In this document: piece by piece, positions 52,433-62,906 of the stretch
Layout of the letters: every line of letters starts with the position of its first letter
Numbering within the stretch: position 1 is the stretch's first letter
Assembly: GCA_963514005.1 (NCBI GenBank)
Contig: OY740804.1
Span: 5,518,001-5,582,000, forward strand
DNA from: Raja brachyura
Lineage: Eukaryota
DNA: 64,000 nucleotides
Direction: 5' to 3'
Program-made: the position numbers and the translations under genes
The notes under the pieces: model-generated
What the model was told of the DNA's origin: nothing
Seen by the model: the letters and a program-made list of their open reading frames with translations, nothing else
Database searches by the model: none

Positions 52433-53269
52433 CTACCCCAAAAGAAGTCCCAATGATCCAGAAACTTGAATCCCTGCCCTCTGCACCAGTCTTTCAGCCA
52501 AGCATTTATCCTCCACCTTGCTCCATTTCTACTCTCACTGTCACGTGGCACAGGCAGTAATCCTGAGATTATTACCTTTTTGGTCCTTTTCCTCAACTCT
52601 CCTCCCAAGTCCTTAAATCCTCCCTTCAGGACCTCTTCCCTTTTTTTACCTATGTCATTGGTACCTATATGTACCACGACCTCAGGCTCCTCTCCCTCTG
52701 ATTTGAGGATATCTTGGACACGTTTAGACACGTCCAAGACCTTGGCACCAGGGAGGCAGACCACCATCCTGGTCTCCCGACTGCGTCCACAGAATCGCCT
52801 ATCCGACCCCCTAACAATAGAGTCCCCAATTACTATTGCCCTCCTCTTTTTCCCCCTACCTTTCGGAGCAACAGGGCCGGTCTCTGTGCTGAAGGCCCGT
52901 CCGCTGTCGCTACCCCCGGGTAGGCTGTCACCCCCATCCGTACTCAAACAGGAGTACTTATTTGCCAGGTGTACTGACATTGGAGTACTCACTCGTTCAT
53001 GCCTCTGCCCCTTGCCCTTCCTTAGCGTGACCCACATGTCTCCACTCCTGTGGTTTTGGAGTGACCACCTCCCTATAACTCTCCTCTATCACCTTTTCAC
53101 TCTCCCTGACCAGGCAGAGGTCATCGAGCTGCTGCTCCAGGATCCTAATACGGTCCCTTAGGAGCCCCATCTCTCTGCACCTGATGCAGACGTGGACGTC
53201 AAGAGGGCCATCCGACACCATGACCTCCCACATCTGACATGCAGTACAGTACACTGCTCTGGCTGACAT
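52333..53269 (-). pseudogene. CR1 ORF1: Cys-rich zinc finger, coiled coil and SGNH esterase, with one frameshift near 53040
   Basis: CTAC...HVCIRC, LEQQLDDL, then IGDS, HIGTND, DGLH in a shifted frame. Confidence 0.9.
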
Positions 53270-53544
53270 TCTCTCGCCTTACCCTGGATCGATATCAGTA
53301 TAATATAATGGAAACTGCTAGGAGAAATCAGCAGGTATCTGACTCAAACAGCTGCTCCCACTGCACCTCTACTAACCCCCTGTACCTTTACTCACCCACT
53401 GTACTTTTAACCAGAAAGCAGAAATACTAACCAGAGGCTCCACCCAATCAGCTGCTTCCTCTAGTCTGCTTCCACCAATCAGCGGCTTCCACCAGAAACC
53501 TCCCTATTCAGAATGGCATGTTCCGGATTTCGGTAAAAACAAGC

Positions 53545-54542
53545 CCCTGACCCTCCTCCACTCGCTCCAACGGTCCCGGGCCTCTGCCTGAACAAGCCCC
53601 GCGCTGGATTTATCTACTCACCGCCCCTGACCCTCCTCCACTCGCTCCAACGGTCCCGGGCCTCTGCCTGAGCAAGCCCCGCGCTGGGTTTATGTACTCA
53701 CCGCTCCTGACCCTCCTCCACTCGCTCCAACAGTCCCGGGCCTCTGCCTGAGCAAGCCCCGCGCTGGGTTTATGTACTCACTGCTCCTGACCCTCCTTCA
53801 CTCGCTCCAACGGTCCCGGGCCTCTGCCTGAGCAAGCCCCGCGCTGGATTTATCTACTCGCCGCTCCTGACCCTCCTCCACTCGCACCAACGGTCCCGGG
53901 CCTCTGCCTGAACAAGCCCCGCGCTGGGTTTATGTACTCACCGCTCCTGACCCTCCTCCACTCGCACCAACGGTCCCGGGCCTCTGCCTGAACAAGCCCC
54001 GCGCTGGGTTTATGTACTCACCGCTCCTGACCCTCCTCCACTCGCACCAACGGTCCCGGGCCTCTGCCTGAACAAGCCCCGCGCTGGGTTTATGTACTCA
54101 CCGCTCCTGACCCTCCTCCACTCGCACCAACGGTCCCGGGCCTCTGCCTGAACAAGCCCCGCGCTGGGTTTATGCACTCACCGCTCCTGACCCTCCTCCA
54201 CTCGCTCCAACGGTCCCGGGCCTCTGCCTGAGCAAGCCCCGCACTGGATTTATCTACTCACCGCTCCTGACCCTCCTCCACTCGCTCCAACGGTCCCGGG
54301 CCTCTGCCTGAGGAAGCCCCGCGCTGGATTTATCTACTCACCGCTCCTGACCCTCCTCCACTCGCACCAACGGTCCCGGGCCTCTGCCTGAACAAGGCCC
54401 GCGCTGGGTTTATGTACTCACCGCTCCTGACCCTCCTCCACTTGCACCAACGGTCCCGGGCCTCTGCCTGAACAAGCCCCGCGCTGGGTTTATGTACTCA
54501 CCGCTCCTGACCCTCCTCCACTCGCACCAACGGTCCCGGGCC
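53545..54542. repeat. Tandem array of about 12.5 x 80-bp GC-rich monomers forming the CR1 5' end
   Basis: ccctcctcca (ccctccttca at 53791) recurs every 80 bp from 53551 to 54511 (13 occurrences), with few substitutions. Confidence 0.97.
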
Positions 54543-55997
54543 TTAGAATTTGGAAACAAATAAAATGAACCCTTAAATTACGAAATTTATCACTTCTCAC
54601 CCCTATAGTCAATAATCCGTCCTTTAAACTTTCTAGTATTGATAACTCATTTACATATTGGGAAAGAATAGGAATTAAAACGTTCGGAGACATGTATGAA
54701 AATGGAAATTTCTTATCATTCCAACAACTACAACTTAAATACAACCTGAGAAGTAATCAATATTTTAAATATTTTCAGGTTCGTGATTACTTGAGAAAAA
54801 ATATACACTTGAATATCAAAATTTGTCTCCAGACTTATTAGACGAAGCAATTAATATAAAGGCAGATTCAACTAATTTAATATCATATTTGTATAATATT
54901 ATCCTAAATATAGAAATACCATCATCTGATAGAATTAGAAGAGATTGGAAACACGAACTAGCTATAAAAATCTCGAAAGAGTGTTGGGATAAACACTTGC
55001 TATATGTGCACAAATGCTCGATCAATGTAAGACATATTTTAATCCAATTTAAAACTTTACATAGACTATTATTCCAAAACTCAAATAAGTAATTTTTTTC
55101 CAAATGTCTCCCCAATTTGTGATAAATGTCTATCCAAAGAAGCAACCATAACCCATTCCTTTGTTTTTTGCATACAAATCCAAAAATTCTGGAATGAAAT
55201 CGTTGAAATTTTTACAAAATTATTCAAAATAAAATTGAAACTGAATGCAGATTTGATTATTTTTGGAACAATGGAAGCCAGCTTTGAGCTGACTTCGTTC
55301 CAAAAGAGCTTCCTTAATTATGGCTTAATAATGGCAAAAACCTTATACTTAAATTCTGGAAAAAAGCTCCCACACCAACGATAAAAATGTGGTTTTCAAA
55401 CATGTCCGAAATGTTACACCTAGAAGATATGAGATTCCTCCTAGCAGGCAAATCATACCATTTCCAAAAGATTTGGTCTCCATTTATCGACTTATTACAA
55501 GCACAGGGTGCAACACAACTCTGAAAATGAATGGTATCAGGACCTGGTGAGGGGGGTGTAAAGATACGAAGTAGGTACATCCCTTTTACCTTAGCTTATT
55601 TTACTTTCTTATATTTTCTGTCTTCTATTTTTTTAATCTTTCTTTTCCTTTATTTTTCTTTTTTAGTCTTTCTTGTGTCTTATGCTTCTATGGGTTCTTC
55701 CTGATCACTCTTTCACGCACTTACTATCCTGTCTAATTCTCTCTATTCTTCTTCTTATTCTTCTACTTCTTAAAGTATAAAATAAGTAGTGGTACAGGAA
55801 ATGTATTATGTTATTTTTGGCTTGTATCATTGTAATGTACATTACTTCTAATAAAGAAAATTAAAACTAATAATAATAATATAGTTTAACTGAATATAAA
55901 ACTCGGCAACAGCAGAAACCACGCAAAGGTTAAAACAATAGTTCGAAGCAGACGAAAGAAACCTTGGAAGGGGTGACAAAAATTAAGATGGTGCAAG

Positions 55998-56055
55998 CTA
56001 GGAGTCTTCATTGTAATTCGGGGGACGAGTGGCGAGGTTCTGATTCATCGCGTCT
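55998..56055 (-). CDS. Receptor D probable last coding exon (RDAMNQNLATRPPNYNEDS*)
   Basis: Acceptor ttctcattgtctattgcag. Phase 2 matches the previous exon. TAG at 55998-56000. Confidence 0.6.
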
Positions 56056-56212
56056 CTGCAATAGACAATGAGAAGTCATCAGACTCACTGACAGTGGGAA
56101 CCACGCTTTATTTGTCCCGGCCCCTCCCAACACATTGCTGTCTGGAAGATGGACCCCAAGGAATCCACACCAGGCACAGAAATCCACCCTGCACACGTAC
56201 AACCTGACATAC

Positions 56213-56280
56213 CTCGTGATATTATCTACATGGACATTTGGTTTAACTTCAGGATATGAAAACGTGCACGGTTTTTGTTT
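56213..56280 (-). CDS. Receptor D probable cytoplasmic exon (KQKPCTFSYPEVKPNVHVDNIT)
   Basis: 68 nt, open in phase 0 after the TM exon, donor GAG|GTATGT. Confidence 0.62.
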
Positions 56281-56671
56281 CTATCAATGGACAGGATATT
56301 TGAAAGCATTAATGGAAACTATTTGGAAAACTTCGGCGAAGAGATGGGATTGCTTTGGGCAGAGCGTGGTGAATCTATGGATTGCATTGCCACAGGAGGC
56401 AGTGGAGGCCAAGTCAATTCAAACAGGAGATGCTGCCTGTCCCACTGAGTTACTCCAGCATTTTTGTACCTATCCAAATCAATTGATATTTTTAAGGCGA
56501 AGATTTTCATATTCTTGATAAATAAGGATGTCTTGGGTTTTGGGGTGAAGCCAGGATAATGGGATCGAGAGGGAAGGATAGATGTCGTGATTGGGGGCGG
56601 ATTGGATATGATGGGCTGAATGCCCTAATTCTGCTCCTATAATTTATGAACATGATGACAATCAAACCTAC

Positions 56672-56762
56672 CTTAGAGCCTCTTGTGAACACCGCGGTTG
56701 AGATGCTCCAGATCACAAGCAGGAGAAAGAACAGCCAGCGCTCCACTCTCCATGAGATGTAA
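56672..56762 (-). CDS. Receptor D transmembrane exon with Arg (YISWRVERWLFFLLLVIWSISTAVFTRGSK)
   Basis: 91 nt, phase 2-0, strong acceptor, donor AAG|GTAGGT. Arg at the N-terminal end of the hydrophobic run. Confidence 0.82.
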
Positions 56763-56830
56763 CTGGGCAAAGGGCAAGAGATACAGAATCACTGGGAGGA
56801 AACGAGACGGTTTATCTTTGAAACATTTAC

Positions 56831-56864
56831 CTGTTATTTGCTTCATAGTTTTGGTGAAGTGGAG
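56831..56864 (-). CDS. Receptor D short stalk exon (APLHQNYEANNS)
   Basis: 34 nt, phase 1-2, donor CAG|GTAAAT. Joins C2 to TM in frame. The following intron is only 68 nt. Confidence 0.6.
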
Positions 56865-57927
56865 CTGGGCGAAGCAGCAGAATCAATGGAGATCATATTG
56901 GAGAAAGAACGGGTGTTGGACTGGGGGGTGGGGGGCAACTCATGGTCACCAATTACTGACCTCATTGCTGGAGCATGGCTACAAGACTGGGACTGAGAGA
57001 TTACACGCTAAAATGGATTCGGAGAAGAAAGATAAATCAGTCATGACACGGAGCAGTGAATACAGTGAATGCAGAGTAGATAAACAAAAAATGCTGGGGA
57101 AACAGCGGGAGAGGCAGCAATTCCGGAGAGAAGGAATGGGTGACGTTTTGGGTCGAGACCTTCTTCAGACTGGGATTCACGGGAGAGTGAAACTGTGGAT
57201 GTGGAAGGATACAAAGAACAGTGTAATACCCTGGAAGAAAGAAAATGCAGTTGCAAGGAATATAAAATCCATATGGATAGACAGGAATAATAAAAAAAGA
57301 TAAAGTCTAATGATGGAAGGGAGATGGGGCAATAAAAATGGAAACAGAGAGGCCAATTAATAAAATACATTAAAAATGACAATGCTTAATCTCACATCCT
57401 CGATATTACTTGGTTTAACGCAGTAGGCGTGAGGATGGAGGAATCGTGTTCGAAAATCGGTTAAAAGTTCGCTCATATCGGCGTGACTTTTATTATCGTT
57501 CTTATTTCCTAACGCAAGTATTACACAAGATCGCGATAATAGGCACATCTATTTCAATTGTAATAAGAAAAATAAAAAGTGTTCCCACTTTCATGACTAT
57601 ATTATGATGAAATATTCAGGGATAATTTTTTTTAATGGTTTCAATGTTCAATGTGTCAGAGAGCGTCAGTTAACTCAGTTCGCTGTTTTCGGTCTGATTC
57701 AAGATTATTTTCTCACATTCTGCGCCAGCGAATTTTTGGTGCATGACCCCATCAATGGCAAGGTATCGGGGGGGGGGGGGGGGGGGGTCTTCGCCCATAA
57801 TTCACAATGCATTTACCTAGCAGCACAACACCAGAGCAGGTCACACCAAAGCTAAACTGCAAGACTTGGGTTTGGCAACGATACGCATCTCACAGAATGG
57901 GATGAGGCTAGTGATGGAGAAGACTGG

Positions 57928-58022
57928 AGTCTGAAGAAGGGTCTCGACCCGAAACGTCGCCTATCTCCTTCGCTCCTTAGATGCTGCTGCACCCGCTGAG
58001 TTTCTCCAGCTTTTTGTGTAAC
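57928..58022 (+). ncRNA. Minimal hammerhead-ribozyme-like motif in a short Penelope-derived repeat (representative copy)
   Basis: CTGAAGA-A-GGGTCtcGACCC-GAAAC-GTC. Near-identical copies at 8930-9053 (-), 34758-34885 (+) and 44472-44563 (-). Confidence 0.6.
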
Positions 58023-59506
58023 CCACAATGAGATGTAAACCTAGTGTGATTCCGCTTCTGACGAGTTAAGTAATAACTGGTTTGCAAGTTATGTACGTAT
58101 TATTAAAGAATATTTAATAGATACATTTATATTTGGTGTCAGGCTTGCAACATGTACAAAAAGTGATTATACTTTCTGACATTTGCGAGCATTGGATCAA
58201 AGACGCATAGAGACACTCAGTATAGAACCAGGGCAATTGGCCCTTCAGGTCTGTGCCGACAGTCAACTGCATTCACATAAATCCTGTGTCAATCCCATTT
58301 TTATTTCGCCCACTTTCTCATCAACTACCACTACCGCCCAACACCCTCCCCCTCCCCCGCCCCACACCCTATCCACCCTGTACACATGGGCCAATTTACA
58401 ATTGGCACCTCATTGGGAGCTGTGAGAAAACTGGAGCACTTCCCCCTGCATTCCAAAGTCGTGCAGGTTTGTAGGTTAATTGGCTTATGTTAACTGTCCC
58501 CATGGAACTAGTGTATTGGTGATTACTGGACGGTGTGCCTCAGTGGGCCAAAAAGTTTGTTTCTGTGCTATATCCATATACTAATCTTAAGGGTGTAATA
58601 ACACTTGAGATGAGTATTGCTTGGAATGTAACATTACAATTATGGGGAGGGGCTGGATAGAGGTTTTATAAAAGTCGATTCAGGACAGGCGAGGAAGGGA
58701 GAATCTATTACAGGGGTGCAAAACTGTGAGCAGCATAGATCGGGTATTATTGGGACATTTTGCACGGCAGATATTTGTAAGACCTATATTTTATTTGTCG
58801 ATTAAGTTATGATAGCGGATGGAAGTTGCAAACCAAATCTCGTTGCACTTATGTGTAATGACAATTAAATATATTATTATTATTATTATTATTGCCACAA
58901 TGGACGAGGTGCTGGTAAATGGGATTAGTTTCGATGGTACTGAATGGTCAACATTAACACAGAGGACCAAATCAGATACCGTCGTCAAGGTGTTATCTGT
59001 GGCCACATTTACTTATCATTTCTGATCCCTTCCCATATCTGAGGGCCGGTTATGTGCAGATGATGGTGGGAAAGTGAAAGTGCTTGGACTGATGTCACTG
59101 CAAACCTAGTCTTAAAGCTGTGTAAACATAAGAGAAAGTTGTAGCCGGGAGGCTGTCCTACACTGAGAAATCTATGCCTGGAGCCCAGCAACCAAGTATT
59201 GACAAATAGGACATAATTCCATAATTTTAATCTTGATAAGTTAATTACATAACGTGCATGAAATTCAGGGTATCGAGGGTTATGGGGAGAAGGCAGGAGA
59301 ATGGGGTGAAGGGAAGATTGATCAGCCACGATTGAAAGGTCTACTTCTCTTGTGATCTTATGAACCACCACACTCCCACTTCCTAATTGGAAGGGATCCC
59401 CGCATCGACTCACAGGACACTGTGATCTCTGCTACTATCTCTTGTGATCTTATGAACCACCACACTCCCACTTCCCCTTCTTCTCCTCATTTTCTCCACG
59501 ACTTAC

Positions 59507-59827
59507 CAGTGCCGATGATTTTCACTAGAAAACTGCAGGGCACGCCACTGCTGGAGATGGACACGTTGACGATTTCACTGGATTTTGATCCATCAATATT
59601 GGAGGCTGTGCAATAATATTGATGGTGCAGGTGTTTGAAGGATTGACAATGTAGATCCAGGGCATTGTTGTCTGAGATCTTTGAATTCACAGATGTGGCA
59701 TTTTCATACCAGCTGTAGCTAATTGGAAGGGATCCCCGCATCGACTCACAGGACACTGTCAATGACCCACCGAGACAGGATAAATTGGCTGGTGACAGAA
59801 ATCTAAGCACAGGAGCAGACACGGGTT
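59507..59827 (-). CDS. Receptor D C2 exon (type b)
   Basis: 321 nt, open, phase 1-1, paralog of 22584-22904, donor GTAAGT. Confidence 0.92.
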
Positions 59828-60499
59828 CTGTGGGAAAGGGGCAAACAGACAGACACTGAGTGAACATCTGAAAATCAAACACTCGCCAATATCCACCATC
59901 TCCGTATCTTAGCCAGGGCTGCCAGGTTGGAGTCTGATCCATCCATCTACAGAGTCATACGGTGAAACACCATAGAAACAGGCCCTTCGGTTTCAGATGT
60001 TCATATGTTATTGAGGTTGAACTTGGGCGAATTATGTTCAGCTTCAGCCACTCAGCTGTACCAATCATCCCACTACAGTCAATGACACTTTACTATCCCC
60101 CTCTTTAAATAATTCCCATTACCTCTGTCCTCCACTTCCTCATCCCACACTTCGTGGGAAAATGAATATGCTTCGCGTGATTACTACATTTCCATACTAC
60201 CTCGCTCAATCATTTCCACAGCAAGGAATGAAGTCTGTAACAATCTGTCCCTGCGTTAATCGCACCCTGTCCAGGCAGCCCTAAAACCTTTCTGCACGCT
60301 GTCCACCTTAACGGCACTTTACTTGGAGCTGAGGGACTAAAGCTGAACACAATTCCCAAAATGTGGACTCAACATCTGAAGCATATTGTCTCAAATTCTG
60401 TTCTGAATGTTCTCACTGATGAAGACCAGCGTGCCAAAACGTCTACTTAATGCCTTTGAATTTAAAGCCGAAAATTAATTACAATCCCTTTAAGATAGA

Positions 60500-61590
60500 C
60501 AAAAAAAAAGCTGGAGTAATTCAACGGAGCAGGCAGCATCTCTCGACAGAAGGAATGGGTGACGTTTCGGGTCGAGACCCTTCTTCAGTCTGAGAGTCAT
60601 GGGAAAGGGAAACAGAAGCGAAATGGAAGGGTAAGGTGTGAAAACAAATGAACAAAGGTGAAAATGTAAAAATAAAATGTAGAGTGGATCATTGTCAGCT
60701 GAATGGAAGGTGAAAACGAGGCATACAATCAGTAAAATATAATCAGAAAGACAGTGAAACTAAATGGCACACTAGGACGGGGCGGGATGCCGACAGGAGT
60801 AAAGCAAGGGCTACTTGAAGATAGAGAAGTCAATATTCTAACCGCTGGGTGTCAGCTGCCCAAGCGAAATATGAGGTACTGTTCCTCCAATTTGCGTTTG
60901 GCCTTCCTCTGACAATGGAGGAGGTCCAGGACAGAAAGGTCAGTTTGGGAATGGGAGGGGGAGTTAGTGTTTAACAATCGGGAAGTAGCGTAGGCCGAGG
61001 CAGACTGGGCGGAGTTGATCAGCGAAACGATCGCCGAGCCCGAGATATAGTCTCCCCTCTACTATATCCGCTTGTTCACACCTGGAACAGCGGACAGAGT
61101 AAATGAGGTTCGACGAGATGCAAGTGAACCTCTGCCTCACCCGAAAAGACTGTTGGACTCCTTTGACGGAGTGGACGGGGGAGGTATAGGGACAGGTGTT
61201 GCATCTGCTGCAGTTGTAGGGGAAGGTACCTGGGGACGGGGTGGTGACCAGGGATTTACGGAAGGAAAGGTCTCTTCGGAAGCAGAAGGCAGTGGAGATG
61301 GAAAGATGTGGCCTCACACGAAAAGACTGTTGGAAACCTTGGGCGGAGTAGACGGAGGAGGTATGGAGACAGATGATGCATCTCCTGCAGTTGTTAGGGA
61401 AGGTACCTGGGAGGGGGTGGTTTGGATGGGAAAGGGCGAGTTGACCAGGGAGTTACGGGGGGAACGGTCTCTTCGGAAAGTAGAATGTGGTGGAGATGGA
61501 AAGATGAGGTCAGTTGTGGGATCCTATTAGAGGTGGCAAAAATGTAGGAGGATTATGTGCTCTGTGCGAATGGAGCGAAAGATGAATTTA
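60500..61590 (-). mobile_element. Penelope-like fragment with an internal tandem duplication of about 180 bp
   Basis: CSRCNTC...FTCISSNLIYSVRCSRC. 61135-61312 is repeated at 61312-61507. Terminal repeat at 60500-60590. Confidence 0.8.
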
Positions 61591-62158
61591 TTCTGCTTAC
61601 CTCCGGGGAAATGGCCGGGTGGAGAGGCTGGATGACTACCGAGCGGTGGGTGGACAGTGGCTGCTGGGGGTGGGGGCGCATTGACGGGGCAGAGGGAGAG
61701 AGAGAGAACGCGGGGTGGGGAGGGAGTGACTGATCCCTGAGGTGGGGGCGGGGAGCGGCCTCGCCTGCCCCCGGAGGACTGAACGAAGTCTGTTGAGCTC
61801 TGGGGACTGATTCCCTGTTTATTATTCTCCGGGTATTCAGATCCCGAGCACCACTTGTTTCTCACTGATCTGTCGGATTATTAGTTTGAGTCGGAATGCA
61901 AACCCCTGACAGGGTGATATTTCATACAGTTCAGAGGGAGGGAAATGTGCTGAGCATCCCACTTGAAGTGGGTGGCCGCTCAGTGGGACAGAGCCCGCAC
62001 TGGGTGAGAGCAACATGAGTGGGGTTTCCCGACCCCCGCCCGCTCCCCGCAGGTATCTGCACTTATGCGGAGATATCGGTGCTGCCCTGACCCTTCCCGG
62101 AGAAAACATGGATCAGGCATTTCAGCGGAGACGTGAAGTCAATCACTGCGAAACGTAC

Positions 62159-62473
62159 CGTAAGCTACTTGGAGATGTACGGAAAATATTGGATTGGTGG
62201 CAGATGTTGTAATTCCACAGCTGTACCATCCTGTATCTCTGGAGTGAAGATCCTCCACACTCACAGTAAATATTCCTCGTGCCGTGTTGTCTGTGATTGA
62301 CACTCTTCTTCTCCGTCCGTATTGCCCATTTGTTTCCACCATATCTGTACATTGGCGAGTCCGCACACGGCACCAGTATTTTGTGTATGAGTGGTACTCT
62401 GCTGCATAGTGACAATCGATTGTGATCGCTCTTCCCACAACTCCTCTTACATACGTCTCTCCCCACACTGTAT
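62159..62473 (-). CDS. Receptor D V exon (V1 type)
   Basis: 315 nt, open. The upstream AG seen in paralogs is lost; the in-frame tttcag acceptor 6 nt on remains. KYWC-x6-C, DTGWYSC. Confidence 0.9.
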
Positions 62474-62869
62474 CTGAAATGGAGGGGAGAAACTTTCAGA
62501 TGGAGAGCAAATAAACTGTTTAATGGAAATAGATACATTTTAAAGATTACATGAAAGAAAACTTAAATCGTTCCATGATGTGTCATATTGCTTCACGGCC
62601 AACGTCTCCGGTCTGAGTGCAGGCAGTGCTGTTGTTGTACCAGTTGTGTCAGTGTTCTGTCCCCGGGTCAGTACAACTTGGGTTCACTTCCCACTCCAGA
62701 TTCCTGAGCAGAAACTGGGCTGGGATCGCAGTGCGGTACTGAGGGAGCGCGGCTGTGTTGCAGGAGCTGCCTTTCAGCAATCCCAGGCGGTGCCCGGCCT
62801 CACACAAATACCTCACTTTGCTATTTCATACATTGATCATTGGAATATCTAGATCTGGCTTTCACTCAC

Positions 62870-62906
62870 CGGGGAGCAAGGAGATTAAAAGAATGGGAAT
62901 CCACAT
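62870..62906 (-). CDS. Receptor D leader exon MWIPILLISLLP
   Basis: 37 nt, ATG at 62906, donor CCG|GTGAGT. Confidence 0.9.

Larger units (their letters stand above)
49299..54542 (-). mobile_element. Full-length young CR1-clade LINE (about 5.2 kb)
   Basis: 5' tandem monomers, ORF1, ORF2, 3' UTR and an 8-bp tail repeat, (accatata)n on +. Splits an L1 reading frame. Confidence 0.95.
49036..55877 (+). mobile_element. 5'-truncated, decayed L1-clade LINE (49036-49298 plus 54543-55877) interrupted by the CR1
   Basis: ORF2 C-terminal remnants: LYYYWAA...IIHSTI|RIWKQIK, IQFKTLHRL, CDKC...HSFVFC. AATAAA and (taa)n tail. Direct repeat aatatagtttaactg at 49021-49035 and 55878-55892. Confidence 0.9.

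Noticed and set aside
53545-54542. Regular repeat array resembling a CRISPR array
   Set aside because: There are no unique spacers (it is a pure 80-bp tandem repeat), no cas genes, and the context is a eukaryotic LINE.
57817-57856. ag/gt-bounded 40-nt segment as a D stalk exon
   Set aside because: It has an immediate TAG in the required phase, and the donor is not conserved in the B paralog near 19430.
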